From: Octopus vulgaris
Lineage: Eukaryota
DNA length: 64,000 nt
Direction of reading: 5' to 3'
Assembly: GCA_951406725.2 (NCBI GenBank)
Contig: OX597833.1
Span: 36,952,001-37,016,000 of the forward strand
Shown here: piece after piece, positions 42,493-56,369 of the stretch
Layout: every line of letters begins with the position of its first letter
Position numbering within the stretch: the stretch's first letter is position 1
The notes under the pieces: model-generated
Database searches by the model: none
Told to the model about the DNA's origin: nothing
Seen by the model: the letters and a program-made list of their open reading frames with translations, nothing else
Position numbers and translations under genes: made by a program

Positions 42493-43519
42493 AACATAAT
42501 AATTTGAATTTTTATTTATTCAAGCATCTGTTACTTGCATAACAGATGCTTCCACCGTTTCTGTTTGATATTGTCTATTGAACCTAGACTTTTAACTTGT
42601 AAGTGAGGATAGGGTAGTTAGTCTACTTTTGAACGGTCAATAGACCGTTCGAATGCAGGCTAACCCCTCTCTTGTAAGAAGCTATTGAGTAACTGTTAGG
42701 TCAAGCTTAGTGTTTACAAGCATTATGGACCTTTGTTATTCATAAGTCTAGTTTAGCTGATATTCTGTTATAGGAAACGTATTTACAAACACGTTTCTCT
42801 GTTTCTCATCCCTTCCCATTCCATATATACATATGTTCCTTTTGTCTTAAGATAAAAGATGGATATTCGACTGAGAAACAAATCTCAAACGTTGTATTTT
42901 AAGCAGCAATTAAGAACAGAAACAATAAGAAACGGAAACAACATTGATATTGTTTCGTTCAATAGTTGACATTTCACAATTATCGTATTCATATTATGAC
43001 AGAAAAATAATTCTTTATAACTCAACTCATAAATGCCTTGAGTATACTGTTTCGCAAGTATTACTTTACAGGAATGTAATACAAGCAAATCCAAAGACGT
43101 TGTATTTGGTAAAGCAAATATGTTAATAACAATGATTTATCACAATGGCAAAATGCAGTAAATGTTTGGAGTGAGAAGACATAACATGATAGCAAATCGT
43201 TGGAAATGATCGATCAACAGTATGGGCAAGATACTTATCCATATGTTTAAAATCTTCAATAGAAACCATAATCCGAGTGTATCATCTTTAGATATCGAAA
43301 CATTTGCCAATAAATGATTTTAATAGATATGTTTATAGTTTCTATTGTTTACAACACATTAATGCATATTAGGCCATTCCTCTCGCGGATAATTATCTGT
43401 TGAGGAAAAATCTTAAATGACCAATATGCTTTGTATTGGAACGTGCCAATGAATTCTACATTCTTAGTATCGATGATGCATATGTGTATGTTTGTGTGCG
43501 TGTGGTGTATATAGATATA

Positions 43520-43577
<58 letters not shown>

Positions 43578-44066
43578 AGTATATATACATACCTATATGT
43601 ATGGTATATATATATATATAAATCATTTCTGTATGATAAAGGTAAATCTTTCTGCCCCGCTTTGTAACGATGAAATGTATTTCATCCCGTTCTAAGAGAA
43701 TCCTCTTGTAAACACGTTTAAAGAACGCGTTTGTCGTTGCAAACATTGGTAAAAACATACCTTTAGTTCCTATAAGTGATTTCTACCATTCTATAAAATT
43801 CGACCTTTAACTGTTTTCTTCTATTTCAATTCCACTAAATATATATACTTCCAAGCCTTTAAGCTTTATTCCTGTTCACCTATCGCTCTATATCTCTCTA
43901 CTATTAGTTTTTTGCTAATTTCTTTCTTTCTACTCCTTCTCTTTCTATAAACTGCTTTTGATGTTATATCAACGGTTTAAAAAAAAACTTGCTAGCATTC
44001 CTTTCATCATATACGCAGTCATCACATTCTCTTAAAAATATCTTACTGATGTGTTTGGTTTCTTTC

Positions 44067-44154
44067 TTTTCCTGATGAGAAGATTGCATTGTGCTACATC
44101 ATTTTATTCCTTCCGGAATAATACCAATGTTTTCGTCGAAACATATGTCGGAAG
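44067..44154 (+). ncRNA. Type I hammerhead ribozyme-like motif
   Basis: CUGAUGA at 44072-44078, long imperfect stem II containing hairpin ttattcc/ggaataa, GAAA at 44138-44141, palindromic stem III CAUAUG, UC at 44148-44149, weak stem I. Confidence 0.55.
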
Positions 44155-44191
44155 TAAAAAGATTTGAATAACACCTGCGTTTTTTAACTGC

Positions 44192-44264
<73 letters not shown>

Positions 44265-44282
44265 ATATAAGAAACATTGCAG

Positions 44283-44487
44283 CGTTCGATTGTTTACTAA
44301 CATTTAAGTTTAATTTGTCAAAATATTTTCGTTCGCTAAAATCCGCGACCTGTTCACTAATTTGTCAAAATATTTTCGTCGCTAAAATCCGCGACCTGTT
44401 CACTGACAAAGTCAGTGAACAGGTCGCGGATTTTAGCGACGAAAATATTTTGACAAATTAAACTTAAATGTTGAAGTGAATCGAACG
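44283..44487. repeat. Long palindrome (perfect 50-bp arms, 3-nt loop) with a tandem duplication in the left arm
   Basis: 44358-44407 is the exact reverse complement of 44411-44460; 44311-44357 duplicates the arm; the outer flanks also pair. Confidence 0.95.
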
Positions 44488-44595
44488 GCTTTTGTGTGTT
44501 TCTTAAATGGCTTATAAACACCTTCCACGCTGCAATTGTTTTCGTTTCAGCACACGATCTCAGATCAAATTACTTGCTATGCGAGTACATCTCCG

Positions 44596-44645
<50 letters not shown>

Positions 44646-44657
44646 TATATGTATAAG

Positions 44658-44688
<31 letters not shown>

Positions 44689-44766
44689 GGTATATGTATA
44701 AGTATATATATATATATGATATATATATGGTGTATATATATACGGTATATATATACACATATATAT

Positions 44767-44804
<38 letters not shown>

Positions 44805-44808
<4 letters not shown>

Positions 44809-45010
44809 TAATCCAAACATGAAAACACAAAGAGAAAACACAACAACGCGAGGACGTGGAACAAATATAGTGTTATTGGACTCTCAGGAAGGAAGAGAAG
44901 AAGGAGGGCTTTACGTTTCGAGCGGAGCTCTTCGTCAGAAACATAGGAAAAGGAAAGATCCAGAGAAGGGAAGACGGAGGAAAAACATCGCCAACAGTAC
45001 ACACACGGTC
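44805..45010 (-). mobile_element. Penelope-like pseudo-LTR / retrozyme-like unit
   Basis: Same layout as 35097-35335 (pyrimidine-rich leader, hammerhead motif, T-rich tail into (TA)n). Confidence 0.55.
44908..44942 (-). ncRNA. Minimal hammerhead ribozyme-like motif (PLE type)
   Basis: Minus strand GUUU-CUGACGA-A-GAGC UCC GCUC-GAAA-CG-UA-AAGC: intact CUGANGA and GAAA, palindromic ACGU stem III, 4-bp stem I. Confidence 0.65.
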
Positions 45011-45741
45011 GTTTTATCGTCGTCTCCCTTATACCAGGAAAGAAGAGGCAAGCATAGACATTTTAAGCGAAAAAGAACTTAAAAGTCATTTATGCATTGT
45101 ATTCAATTATGCCTATTCTCCTAGAAATTGAATTTTTATATTTTTATTATTCTAGTTCTAGAGCTTTAACCGCAGTATTTTATCACCAGCAACATTTTTT
45201 ACTTGATATTTGAAAGAAGTTTAGTGACGCTGCTCTCATATGTATAACTTGTTATATGGTCATCTTGGATTATACATAGCATACTGCCCGAACCTTGCTC
45301 GAATCTGGCGTTATCTACTCCATACATATATGTTGGGGCATATTGAAGAACGGAATATAGTACTCACTCGGAATGGAGAAGGAAGAATACTAAACATAGT
45401 GAAGTAGTGTTTACTTTGGGAATTTGCATAACACACAATACGGTAGCGGGAGTTTTTTTTTCTTTCCAGATACATACGACTCATTCACATTCATCCACTT
45501 GCACACACAGGTATGCATATTTATTTACATGCACACATAAACACACTCAGTTTAAACTGTTACTTCGTTTCAGCACCTGGTTTAGCTTCCTGGTTTGACT
45601 CATTTCAAATGTTGCACATGCACAATACAACAGGTGGGTAATTTGGACAGAATAACGAATCTGAGAATTTAACATTTTTTTAAGGAATATATATGCATGC
45701 ACACACACACATACATATAGACAGATAGAGAGGGGGAGGGG

Positions 45742-46128
<387 letters not shown>

Positions 46129-46814
46129 GACACACGCTCACATACATATAATTAAAGAAGTTAAAATCTGTACCGAACCAACAAATTCATTTGGTTGGAA
46201 TTTATTCTGGTCTTCGGCGTATTCTTGGATTGGGTGGCGCACTTCGTTTCATGTTATTCCATTATACTCAGCTAAAACGTATACCAGCATTAGTTCGGGG
46301 ATAACACTGCATTAGACTAGCGCTCCATCCAGCAGATATAAAGAGTAAAGCGATGGACAGATAGACTCTTAAACGCGTACAAATTCTTATAAATATATGC
46401 GTGTTTGAGTGCATATGGCTGCGCATATGTATGTGTGTCTGTACATGTGCGTATGTATGTATGTATGTATGTATGTATGTATGTATGTATGTGTGTGTCT
46501 GTACATGTGCGTATGTATGTATGTATGTATGTATGTATGTATGTATGTATGTATGTATGTATGTATGTATGTATGTATGTATGTATGTATGTATGTATGT
46601 ATGTATGTATGTATGTATACAGATTATACTTCGTAAGGTTAAGTAATTAAACAGCTTTTCAATTCGCCATAACTGATCGCCTGCAGCGATGTATTCGCCT
46701 TAAGATAATAAGCCTGTTTAATGGATTTGAAAATATAAAAAAAGTAACCTAGAAAGTCAGTCTATATAAACAACACAAATTAAACGATCAGGAAGGCAAT
46801 TCAGCCCGTATACG

Positions 46815-47129
<315 letters not shown>

Positions 47130-47215
47130 GTACGCGTGTGTGTGTAAGCACGTGTGTCTTTATATATATATATACACACACACATACATACATCATATAC
47201 AGTCTACACATACAC

Positions 47216-47273
<58 letters not shown>

Positions 47274-47698
47274 TCTCGTTCTCCCGTTTAAATTGCTCAC
47301 GAAATTTCTCTTCGTGTGCACGATCGAAAAGCAGAGAGAGATTCTTGTAAAGAAGTGTCCTGTAGCTTTGAGTCGGTTGATCTGTAACCATAATTTGCCC
47401 CAGCAGTTTGACAAAAGCGAAAACTTTCTGTTCTCTAAGTTTGCTGATCTATCTTTTTTTGTGATTCGCAAAACAAAATGTAATCGTGTAGAGAGTGGGG
47501 GTGAGTGAAAGAGCAAGAGAGAGAGAGAGAGAGAACAAAATTCTACGGGCTGATAGCAGATACTAAGAAATACTCACATGGTGACAAACGCCGATTTGAT
47601 CCCAGAGAATAGGGTTGGACAGTCAATTTTCTTCTGTCTGGAGAAAATCTCTACATTCTACGAACTAGTTATATCAGGGTATATTTCCATAAATTTAA

Positions 47699-47860
47699 GG
47701 CGTAGGAGTGGCTGTGTTGTAAGTAGCTAGCTTACCGACCACATGGTCCCGGGTTCAGTCCCACTGCGTGGCACCTTGGGCAAGTGTCTTCTACTATAGC
47801 CTCGCGCTGACCAAAGCCTTGTGAGTGGATTTGGTAGACGGAAACTGGAAGAAGCCCATC

Positions 47861-47908
<48 letters not shown>

Positions 47909-48118
47909 TTGTGTGTCTGTGTTTATCTTCCCACCATCGTTGACAACCGATGTTGGGGTGTTTACGTTCCCGTAACTTAGCGGTTCGGCAAAAGAGACCG
48001 ATAGAATAAGTACTAGGCATCCAAAGAATAAGTCCTGGGGTCGATTTGCTCGACTAAAGGCGGTGCTCCAGCATGGCCACAGTCAAATGACTGAAACAAG
48101 TAAAAGAGTAAAAGAGAG
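47699..48118 (+). mobile_element. SINE family A, full-length (tRNA head, CORE-like ccttgggcaagt, internal (TA)n, (gagtaaaa)n tail)
   Basis: A-box-like tggctgtgttg and B-box gggttcagtcc; near-identical to other copies in the window. Confidence 0.92.
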
Positions 48119-48129
48119 TATGATGTTAA

Positions 48130-48650
48130 TATTGGTTTCAAACTTTGGCACAAGGACAGCAAGTTCAGGGGAGGGGGGCTAGTTGATAACATCGATCCCA
48201 GTACTCAGCTGGTACTTTCATCGACCCCGAGTATTTTTCCCGGCGTGCTAATAATTCTGCCGGCTCGCCGCTCTATTTCATGTTAATATTGCTTTAAAAA
48301 TTTGGCACAAGGCCAGTAATTTCAGGGAGTGGGTAAGTCGATGTCATCGACTCCAGTACTCAACTACTTTTATTTTATCGACCCCGGAAGGATGAAAGGC
48401 AAAGTTGACCTAGGCGGAATTTTTAATCAGAACCTAAACAGACGAAATGCCGCTATTGCATGTTAATATCCCTGAGTGACGAGTTGGCAGAATCGATCGC
48501 AGCATTTAGTCTGTCATCACGTTCTGAGTTCAAATTCCGCCGAGGTGGACTCTATCACCCTTTCAGAGTCGATAAAATAAGCACTAGGGTCGACATAATC
48601 AACTTCCCTCATCCCGAATTGCTGGTCTTATGCCAAAATTTGAAATCAAT
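48130..48650. mobile_element. Cluster of three SINE family B pieces (-, -, +)
   Basis: tttggcacaagg...tcgaccccg...aaggcaaagttgacc and gagttcaaattccgccgagg motifs. Confidence 0.75.
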
Positions 48651-48789
48651 ATTAACATATAGTTTAATCTCTCTGGCACATGTGATCGTGACCGTTACAT
48701 TATATCGATAGAGGATGCTCTGGGATAAATATAAAGACTACTCTTATTATTGCATATATACATTAATTTTAAGGCAAGGAATATTGGTG

Positions 48790-49300
48790 GAATGTTCCTA
48801 TCAAAGCTTACACCAAGTGAAAGCATAACCAGTCCAGTATAGTTGCTGGTCTGGTTTCCTGACATAAACAGGATGGCAGAAAAGAAAAATCAAGCAGAGT
48901 CATAGAGAACAGTTACATTGCAGAAGTTTTCCACACATACACACCACTGCTTAGACACTTACAGCTTCACAAGGTTTCTGTAGTGCTTTCTTACTTCAGA
49001 CAACACAGCTTATCTATTAAAAGTTGTTCAGTGCATTCCTGCACTCCTTTTTTTGCATTTGCCTGCGCATCAGTCGCTGTATTGTTAGACTCGCAATGGA
49101 CAAGGAGGAATTGGTTCAGACAGCTTGTGTACAAAGTACAGTTTATACAGCACGTTAAAGTAGGCAATGACGTAGTTCTCTGTCAAAGCAGTGATTTTAT
49201 TCGTTTGTGCTTATGGCAAACCAGTTTGGTTATGTCAATTTGGCCGTCCATAGATCCTTGAAATATATAAATTTCCGCAAAATGTCACCGTTTTAAAGCT
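48790..49300 (-). pseudogene. Decayed R4/Dong-like reverse transcriptase fragment
   Basis: NYVIAYFNVLYKL..TSCLNQFLLVHCESNN...AKKGVQECTEQLLIDK...VRKHYRNL matches the R4-clade RT block NYRPITCL...G..GC..QLLI.K. Confidence 0.75.
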
Positions 49301-49509
49301 GAAGGCAACTATGAGGACATTTCACATTACTTTCCGATTATACAACTTTACCATAGTTTTGATTAAAGTCGGTTGTATGGGGTTTTACTATTGATGTCGG
49401 AACCGTGTTCTTGCTTTATTGCTTTATTGTGTCAAGCCATGTATCATTGTGATTTAGATCTTTACTTTGGTTCGAAATATTAAACCAGAATTAAGTTAGA
49501 CTTTTCTTC

Positions 49510-49933
49510 GGTACTTCGGTACTTTCTCACCTGCATTTAAAAATTACCATTAATAAATTGGACTACCTCCCCACTAGAAAATCGAGTTTGTGGCGACAAG
49601 AGATTGGATTAAAAGTGTTAGATCCTTTTGATTCAATACTTCAACATTGTTGACGTTTGGCCTCCTCAGTAGGCATGGTGTGATTTGTTATAAAAATGTT
49701 ATTAGATTCAATATGATGTTTAATTTTTTTAGTTATCCTGTTTATTAATTTTTTTAGTTTTCATGTTTATTGATTTTTTTGTTTTTTTTTTTGTTTTTTT
49801 TTATGTTTTTGTTTTATTGAGGGTTAAAACAATGTTTTTAGGTGAGGGAGATAACCAAAAGTACCGATATTTTTCATAAAACGTGGGGAGATAACCCAAT
49901 TTTTTAATGGAGGTGAGACAACCAAGAAGTATC
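49510..49933. mobile_element. Merlin-like MITE
   Basis: Imperfect TIRs ggtacttc..tctcacctgcatttaaaaatt / aattttttaatggaggtgaga..gaagtatc; 8-bp TSD ttttcttc / ctttcttc; repeated gggagataacc. Confidence 0.5.
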
Positions 49934-50137
49934 CTTTCTTCTTACGAAGATGTTTCTCTTCATCCTCCAGTATTACAGAATGTGGATTATAAACAAACTT
50001 GGGTTGTATGCAGGAATGTTCAAACATCTTTCAAATAATATTTTTATATATGTATGATAGTCTGTAAGCATGTATAAAGTTATGTGTGTAAGTATATGTA
50101 GTATATATATATATATACGTATATATATATGTATATA

Positions 50138-50180
<43 letters not shown>

Positions 50181-50724
50181 CACATCCTACTATCGTACTA
50201 TCATCTATTCTTACGAGCGCGCGCGCGCGTGTGTGTATACATAAATGTATACATACATGTATATTATATTATATTATCTTATATTATACTATATATTAAA
50301 CGTTTGTGTTCGTGAGTACATATTTCTTGGTTTACACGGCAGAATGATTTTGCAAGTTACCCATGCCAACTGTGTAAACTGTAATATGTTTTTAATGATG
50401 ATATTGATACCGAAAAAAAAAAGACTCACACGTATAAAATTCAGAGTTGTTTATTGAAATAAGCATAACAAAACATCATTTATATGCGGTAATTTTTATA
50501 CATGCTCTTTTAATGTACTGTTTATTTTATTGACATCTTTTTCTTTTTTCAACGTTCAATAATCACTGTCTGTTCCATTAAGTCTCTCATCTTTAGCTTC
50601 TCAACGCTTTTCGAGTTAAAAAGTTTTGACTTTCTAATTGCAATTGTTGGCTTGTTTCTGATATTAAGAATAAATCAACAAAGCCTGAATCGTGCACGTA
50701 CTCACTCACTGAAAATCACAAGCC

Positions 50725-50902
<178 letters not shown>

Positions 50903-51061
50903 GTGCGTGTGTGTGTGCGCGGGCGCATGTATGTATAAGTTTAAAATCTGCTTCAAGCTTACACATTCATGAGGTTGGAGCTTATCTAGACTTGGCGTTT
51001 TGGTAACAGAGAGTAAAAGCCTTACCTCCTAATGAGATGCTAAGCACTTGAAGCTTTAACT

Positions 51062-51205
51062 TCCAGCTGTCACAGGTATTCATCATCAGCTGAACGGGCT
51101 AGAGCAACGTGAAACAAAGTGCCTTTTTCAGGGGCACAATATGCCACCCAGTCTAAGTATTGAACCCACGTATCAACAACCAAGAGCCCAAACAACCTAC
51201 CTTTA
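51062..51205 (-). mobile_element. SINE family D fragment (diverged)
   Basis: ctagagcaacgtgaa...ggcaca...ttgaacccac; related to 33534-33572 and 55545-55655. Confidence 0.55.
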
Positions 51206-51271
51206 CTACATTCGCATGCACAAACACATCTACGCTCATATATACATATATATATATGCATACATACATGC

Positions 51272-51302
<31 letters not shown>

Positions 51303-51688
51303 CTCTTTTACTCTTTTACTTGTTTCAGTCATTTGACTGCGGCCATACTGGAGCACCGCCTTTAGTCGGGCAACTCGACCCCGGGACTTATTCTATCGGT
51401 TTCTTTTGCCGAACCGCTAAGTGACGGGGACATAAACACACCAGCATCGGTTGTCAAGCAATGCTTGGGGGACAAACACAGACACAGAAACACACACACG
51501 CATATATATATATATACATATATACGACGGGCTTCTATCAGTTTCTGTCTACCAAATCCACTCACAAGGCTTTGGTCGGCCCGAGGCTATAGTAGAAGAC
51601 ACTTGCCCAAGGTGCCACGCAGTGGGACTGAACCCTGGAACCATGTGGTTGGTAAGCAAGCTACTTACCACACAGCCACTCCTGCGCC
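51303..51688 (-). mobile_element. SINE family A, full-length
   Basis: Reverse complement of 47699-48118, with a small deletion. Confidence 0.92.
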
Positions 51689-51713
51689 TATATATTAATA
51701 TAAATATACATGT

Positions 51714-51993
51714 GGAGGTGCAATGGCCCAGTGGTCAGGGCAGCGGCCTTGCGGTCGTAGGATCGCGATTTCGATTCCCAGACCGGGCGTTGTGAGTATT
51801 TATTGAGCGAAATACCTAAAGTTCCACGAGGCTCCGGCAGGGGGTGGTGGCAAACCTTGCTGTACTCTTTAGCCACAACTTTCTTCCACTCTTTCTTCTG
51901 CTGGCCTGCTCACTTAGCCAGCGGGGTGGCGTCATTTGAAGGCTAAAACAATGCGAAGCGCATTGTGACCAGCGATGTGTAGCAACATCTGAT
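51714..51993 (+). mobile_element. SINE family C head (tRNA-Arg-like) with an alternative tail
   Basis: First ~180 bp colinear with 20577-20745, then switches to the tail seen at 57202-57318. Confidence 0.85.
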
Positions 51994-52435
51994 AACTATA
52001 CATAAATAGATACCTATATATAAACATTCATATATACATACATGTATAACATACATACATACATGCTCGTCCAGAACTTCCATCACGTCGTATAGTGTAT
52101 GCGTAGAAACAATACGGGTAGAAAGTAACAATATTAGAGTGTCGTTCTCAATACGACGGTTCTTGTATCAATTCATTCTAATGCATGTGCAGCAGGCAAT
52201 TGACGTCATTTCCATCCAAAAGCTACATTCGTTTCTCATTTTCAGAAGCTATCCATTTCATATCGTTCTCTTGCAGTATTTCCCATGCTTCATCCATTAT
52301 TTTTGTCTCAGTTTTGGCACGTTTATTTTTTTAACTATGCACACATGCACACTTTCACAAACATGCACACTTTCACACACAAGCACATACACATACACGT
52401 ACAAACTTCATAGATATTAAATGTATGTATACATA

Positions 52436-52466
<31 letters not shown>

Positions 52467-52475
52467 TATATTTTG

Positions 52476-52708
52476 AAGGTGGTGAGCTGGCAGAAACGTT
52501 AGCACGCCGGGCGAAATGCGTAGCTGTATTTCGTCCGCCGTTACGTTCTGAGTTCAAATTCCGCCGAGGTCGACTTTGCCTTTCATCCTTTCGGGGTCGA
52601 TAAATAAAGTACCAGTTACGCACTGGGGTCGATGTAATCGACTTAATCCCTTTGTCTGTCCTTGTTTGTCCCCTCTATGTTTAGCCCTTTGTGGGCAGTA
52701 AAGAAATA
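52476..52708 (+). mobile_element. SINE family B, full-length (Meta-domain-like core)
   Basis: A-box tggcagaaacg, B-box gagttcaaatt, core gcctttcatcctttcggggtcgataaataaagtaccag; several copies in the window. Confidence 0.9.
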
Positions 52709-53952
52709 TATATATATATACACACATACATATATATATGTATGTGTAAAAACACATGTATATTGTGTGTGTGTGTGTCTATATCTATCTATCTATCTAT
52801 ATATACATATATAAATGTATTTACACACATGCGCGCGCGCATACATTTTGACAAGAATGGGTACTTGTGCACTAATTGTCGCGAGTGATTACCTTCGTGA
52901 CTAGGAGCGTCTCGTCCCGTCCGGGTGAGAGATCTTGTATTCTCAGTCGTCGGTTATACTTCGGAAACCGACATAAGCACTGGTATAATGCTCCTGCAGG
53001 CACGAGACTGATTTTCTTTTAAAAATATTAACCCTATGCACACACACACACACACACGCACACACACACACACGCATACACACACACGCACACACACACG
53101 CACGCACGCACACACACACATAGAGTACCATGTGTGTGTGTATTCATATACATTTATATATACATACATATATATATATACATCATATATATATACATCA
53201 TATATATATATACATCATATATATATATATATATATATGTATGATGTTGCAGTGCATTATTGTATCTTTACTGTAAGCACGTCCTACTTAAACAAGCATG
53301 TATACACACACACACACACATACAAGCACACACACACACACATACAAGCACACACACACGCACAAGCACTAACAGTAACATAACTATTTCCCAAATAACA
53401 CTTCCTTTACAATTCATTCTAATTCCTTCTAATAATTGCGTCAAATACTTGTGAACCCTACTTTGACCAATTTACATGATCATATTTCCAAGGTTTAAAA
53501 AGTGAGAGTAAATTGCCCTAAAGAATGAAAGTAAACTGCAATAGAAACTGAAGACGAAAATCATGTCGCTCTGAGGATATTTGAATCATTTACTGGGCAA
53601 CTCGAATACCTCTTATCAAAAAAGAAAAGAAAGGAATTGGCTCGTACAGTGTGAGTGAATCCACAGGAGCAACGTCACCACTTTCTGTCGGTTCTTTCTC
53701 TACAGTTCATTAATCGTTCAGGAGTGTAACGTTACTCATATTAACTGTGGTGACTATCGTATGTGGACATGCAAACAACGGAGCTGTTGTCTCAATGGTG
53801 TTTTTTGCTGAGTTATAGTACGCAGGAACGGTGCACTTCAGCTGCTATTTTTTAAATACTTAACACATCAGTAGAATGTACAATGAATATAGGTGCCTGT
53901 AAGCGTGCATATTGAGGAATTTCTTTATGTTGTTTTAATGAAATTTTGGTAT

Positions 53953-54368
53953 GGCAGGAGTGGCTGTGTGGTAAGTGGCTTGCTTAACAACCACATGGTT
54001 CCGGATTCAGTCCCACTGCGCGGCATCTTGGGCAAGTGTCTTCTACCATAGCCTCGGGCCGACCAAAGCCTTGTGAGAGGATTTGGTAGACGGAAACTGA
54101 AAAGAAGCCCGTCGTATATATGTATATATATATATATATATATATGCGTGTGTGTGTGTTTGTGTGTCTGTGTTTGTCCCCCTAGCATTGCTTGACAACC
54201 GATCCTGGTGTGTTTATGTCCCCGTCACTTAGCGGTTCGGCAAAAAGAGACCGATAGAATAAGTACTGGGCTTACAAAGAATAAGTCCCGGGGTCGAGTT
54301 GCTCGACTAAAGGCGGTGCTCCAGCATGGCCGCAGTCAAATGACTGAAACAAGTAAAAGAGTAAAGAG
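53953..54368 (+). mobile_element. SINE family A, full-length
   Basis: Colinear with 47699-48118. Confidence 0.92.
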
Positions 54369-56107
54369 CATGGCACTGTCATCACTTCCGGTTTCTACTT
54401 AAATTTACTTTTACTCGGAAAATTCATTTTCATTTTCTTACGACAGTAAAGTGCGTGTTAACTATTCGTATCTTTTGAACTGAATGCATATCTTGAACTA
54501 CATTTTCAATCTTATCTGTTAAAACAATGTTTTTTGTTAATGTTTCCCAGAAAACAATTAAGTCTATACTTAATTCTAATATAAATCGACCATCCAATTT
54601 TAATAGTACCTTTTATATAAATAGCTATATGGGTCTTATTTATCTCTCTGTTTCTGATGTTGATGTCTGATGCCTGCCTCTCATTCTGCTTAGCAGGACA
54701 CAAAAAAATTAAAATTTTCGATAATTTTTGATAATTTCCTTTGTGAATTGTAATCTCTGATACTTGGAACATATAATATTCTTACAAAACTATTGAAAAA
54801 TGAAAACAATTTTTTAAAAAGTTACTGAAGGGATACGCTTATTCTAAAAAGTCGTATCGACTTTTCAATAAATAGCACTGCATTATACAATGTGTCCTTC
54901 CATTTCAAAGGTGGTAGGCTGTGACTTGAAAAAATTTAACTGCTGTTTCAGGCAGGTTCAGCAGATACTTTAGTTTACTAATTCCTGCAGACAAGCTTAC
55001 GTCCCTGTTAAAAACACTATCTCCAGGGCAACGTGCATACCCAAAGTGTAAGTGTATGTGGGGTGGTGAGCGAGAGAGATTGTATGTGTAAGTGCGAGTG
55101 TGTGAGTGAGAGGAGTGTGTATGGGGGGGACTGCATCCATACATGCGGATATAACTGTTTGTATATAAATGTCTATATGTATATAGGTATATTAGAAGCT
55201 TTTGTTTTAAAACACGGCGGGACATCGCCATACAGTAGAATTTTGTATGAATAATTATCTGTATTAGACATCAAGTAATAAACGAAAATAAAACTGCCAC
55301 TTCCAGAACAAGTAATCTTGTTTTATTATATATCTTTTTTTCAATATTGTTGCATTAGTCTTATGATTATATGTCTAGCGTAAATAATTATTCTTCCACA
55401 ATGCCTTGACAGAATATAATCTTATGCTTCTCTAATGTGGGGGGACAACGGACTGGCGAAAAATGTAAATAACTACATACATACATACATACATACATAC
55501 ATACATACATACATACATACATACATACGGCCTAACGCAGTATTACCCAATTTTGCCAGTCGACTGGAATGGAGCAACGTGAAATGTACCACCCAGTCCA
55601 GCAATCAAAACCACAATCTTATGATCATGAGTGCACCACTCCTAACCACTAAGCCATACACCTCCACATATACAAATACAGGTATGTATATATATACATG
55701 TATGCATAGGTATATGTGTGTATGTGTGTGCGTATGTGTTTATTATGTATAAATGTGTGTGTGTGTGTGTGTATGTGTGTATTCATACATAAAAGTAATA
55801 ACGTATCTAACCCTTAAAGAGTTGAATTTTTTCTTTTTTTTTTCGAATTTTCATATTCCTTCTTTTTTGTGTGTTTTGCCTTCTGATAACTCTTATTGTA
55901 TAAACAGTCTTTGGTTTAATATTTTCAGACATTTTGAACATTTTGTTTTCTGATAAAGTGGTATTTATTACTGCTACTGAAACAATTGTAAAGGCATAAA
56001 ATTTTAAATAGATATATATTCTCCTCTTGCATTAACTATATGCATGTGTGTATGTAAGTGCCTGTATATGTAGCTCTATGTTTGTTTGTATATGTATAAA
56101 TATATAT

Positions 56108-56316
56108 ACTCTTTACTCTTTTACTCTTTTACTTGCTTCAGTCATTTGACTGCGGCCATGCTGGAGCACCGCCTTTAGTCAAGCAAATCGACCCCGGGAC
56201 TTATTCTTTGTAAGCCCAGTACTTATTCTATCGGTCTCTTTTGCCGAACCGCTAAGTGACGGGGACGTAAACACACCAGCATCGGTTGTCAAGCAATGCT
56301 AGGGGGACAAACACAG

Positions 56317-56369
<53 letters not shown>

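Noticed and set aside
44311-44460. CRISPR-like repeat array
   Set aside because: No unique spacers, eukaryotic context and no cas genes; it is a tandem plus inverted duplication.
49096-49158. MDKEELVQTA resembles the start of a 14-3-3 protein
   Set aside because: The similarity ends after about 8 residues and a stop follows; the opposite strand is explained by an R4/Dong RT remnant.
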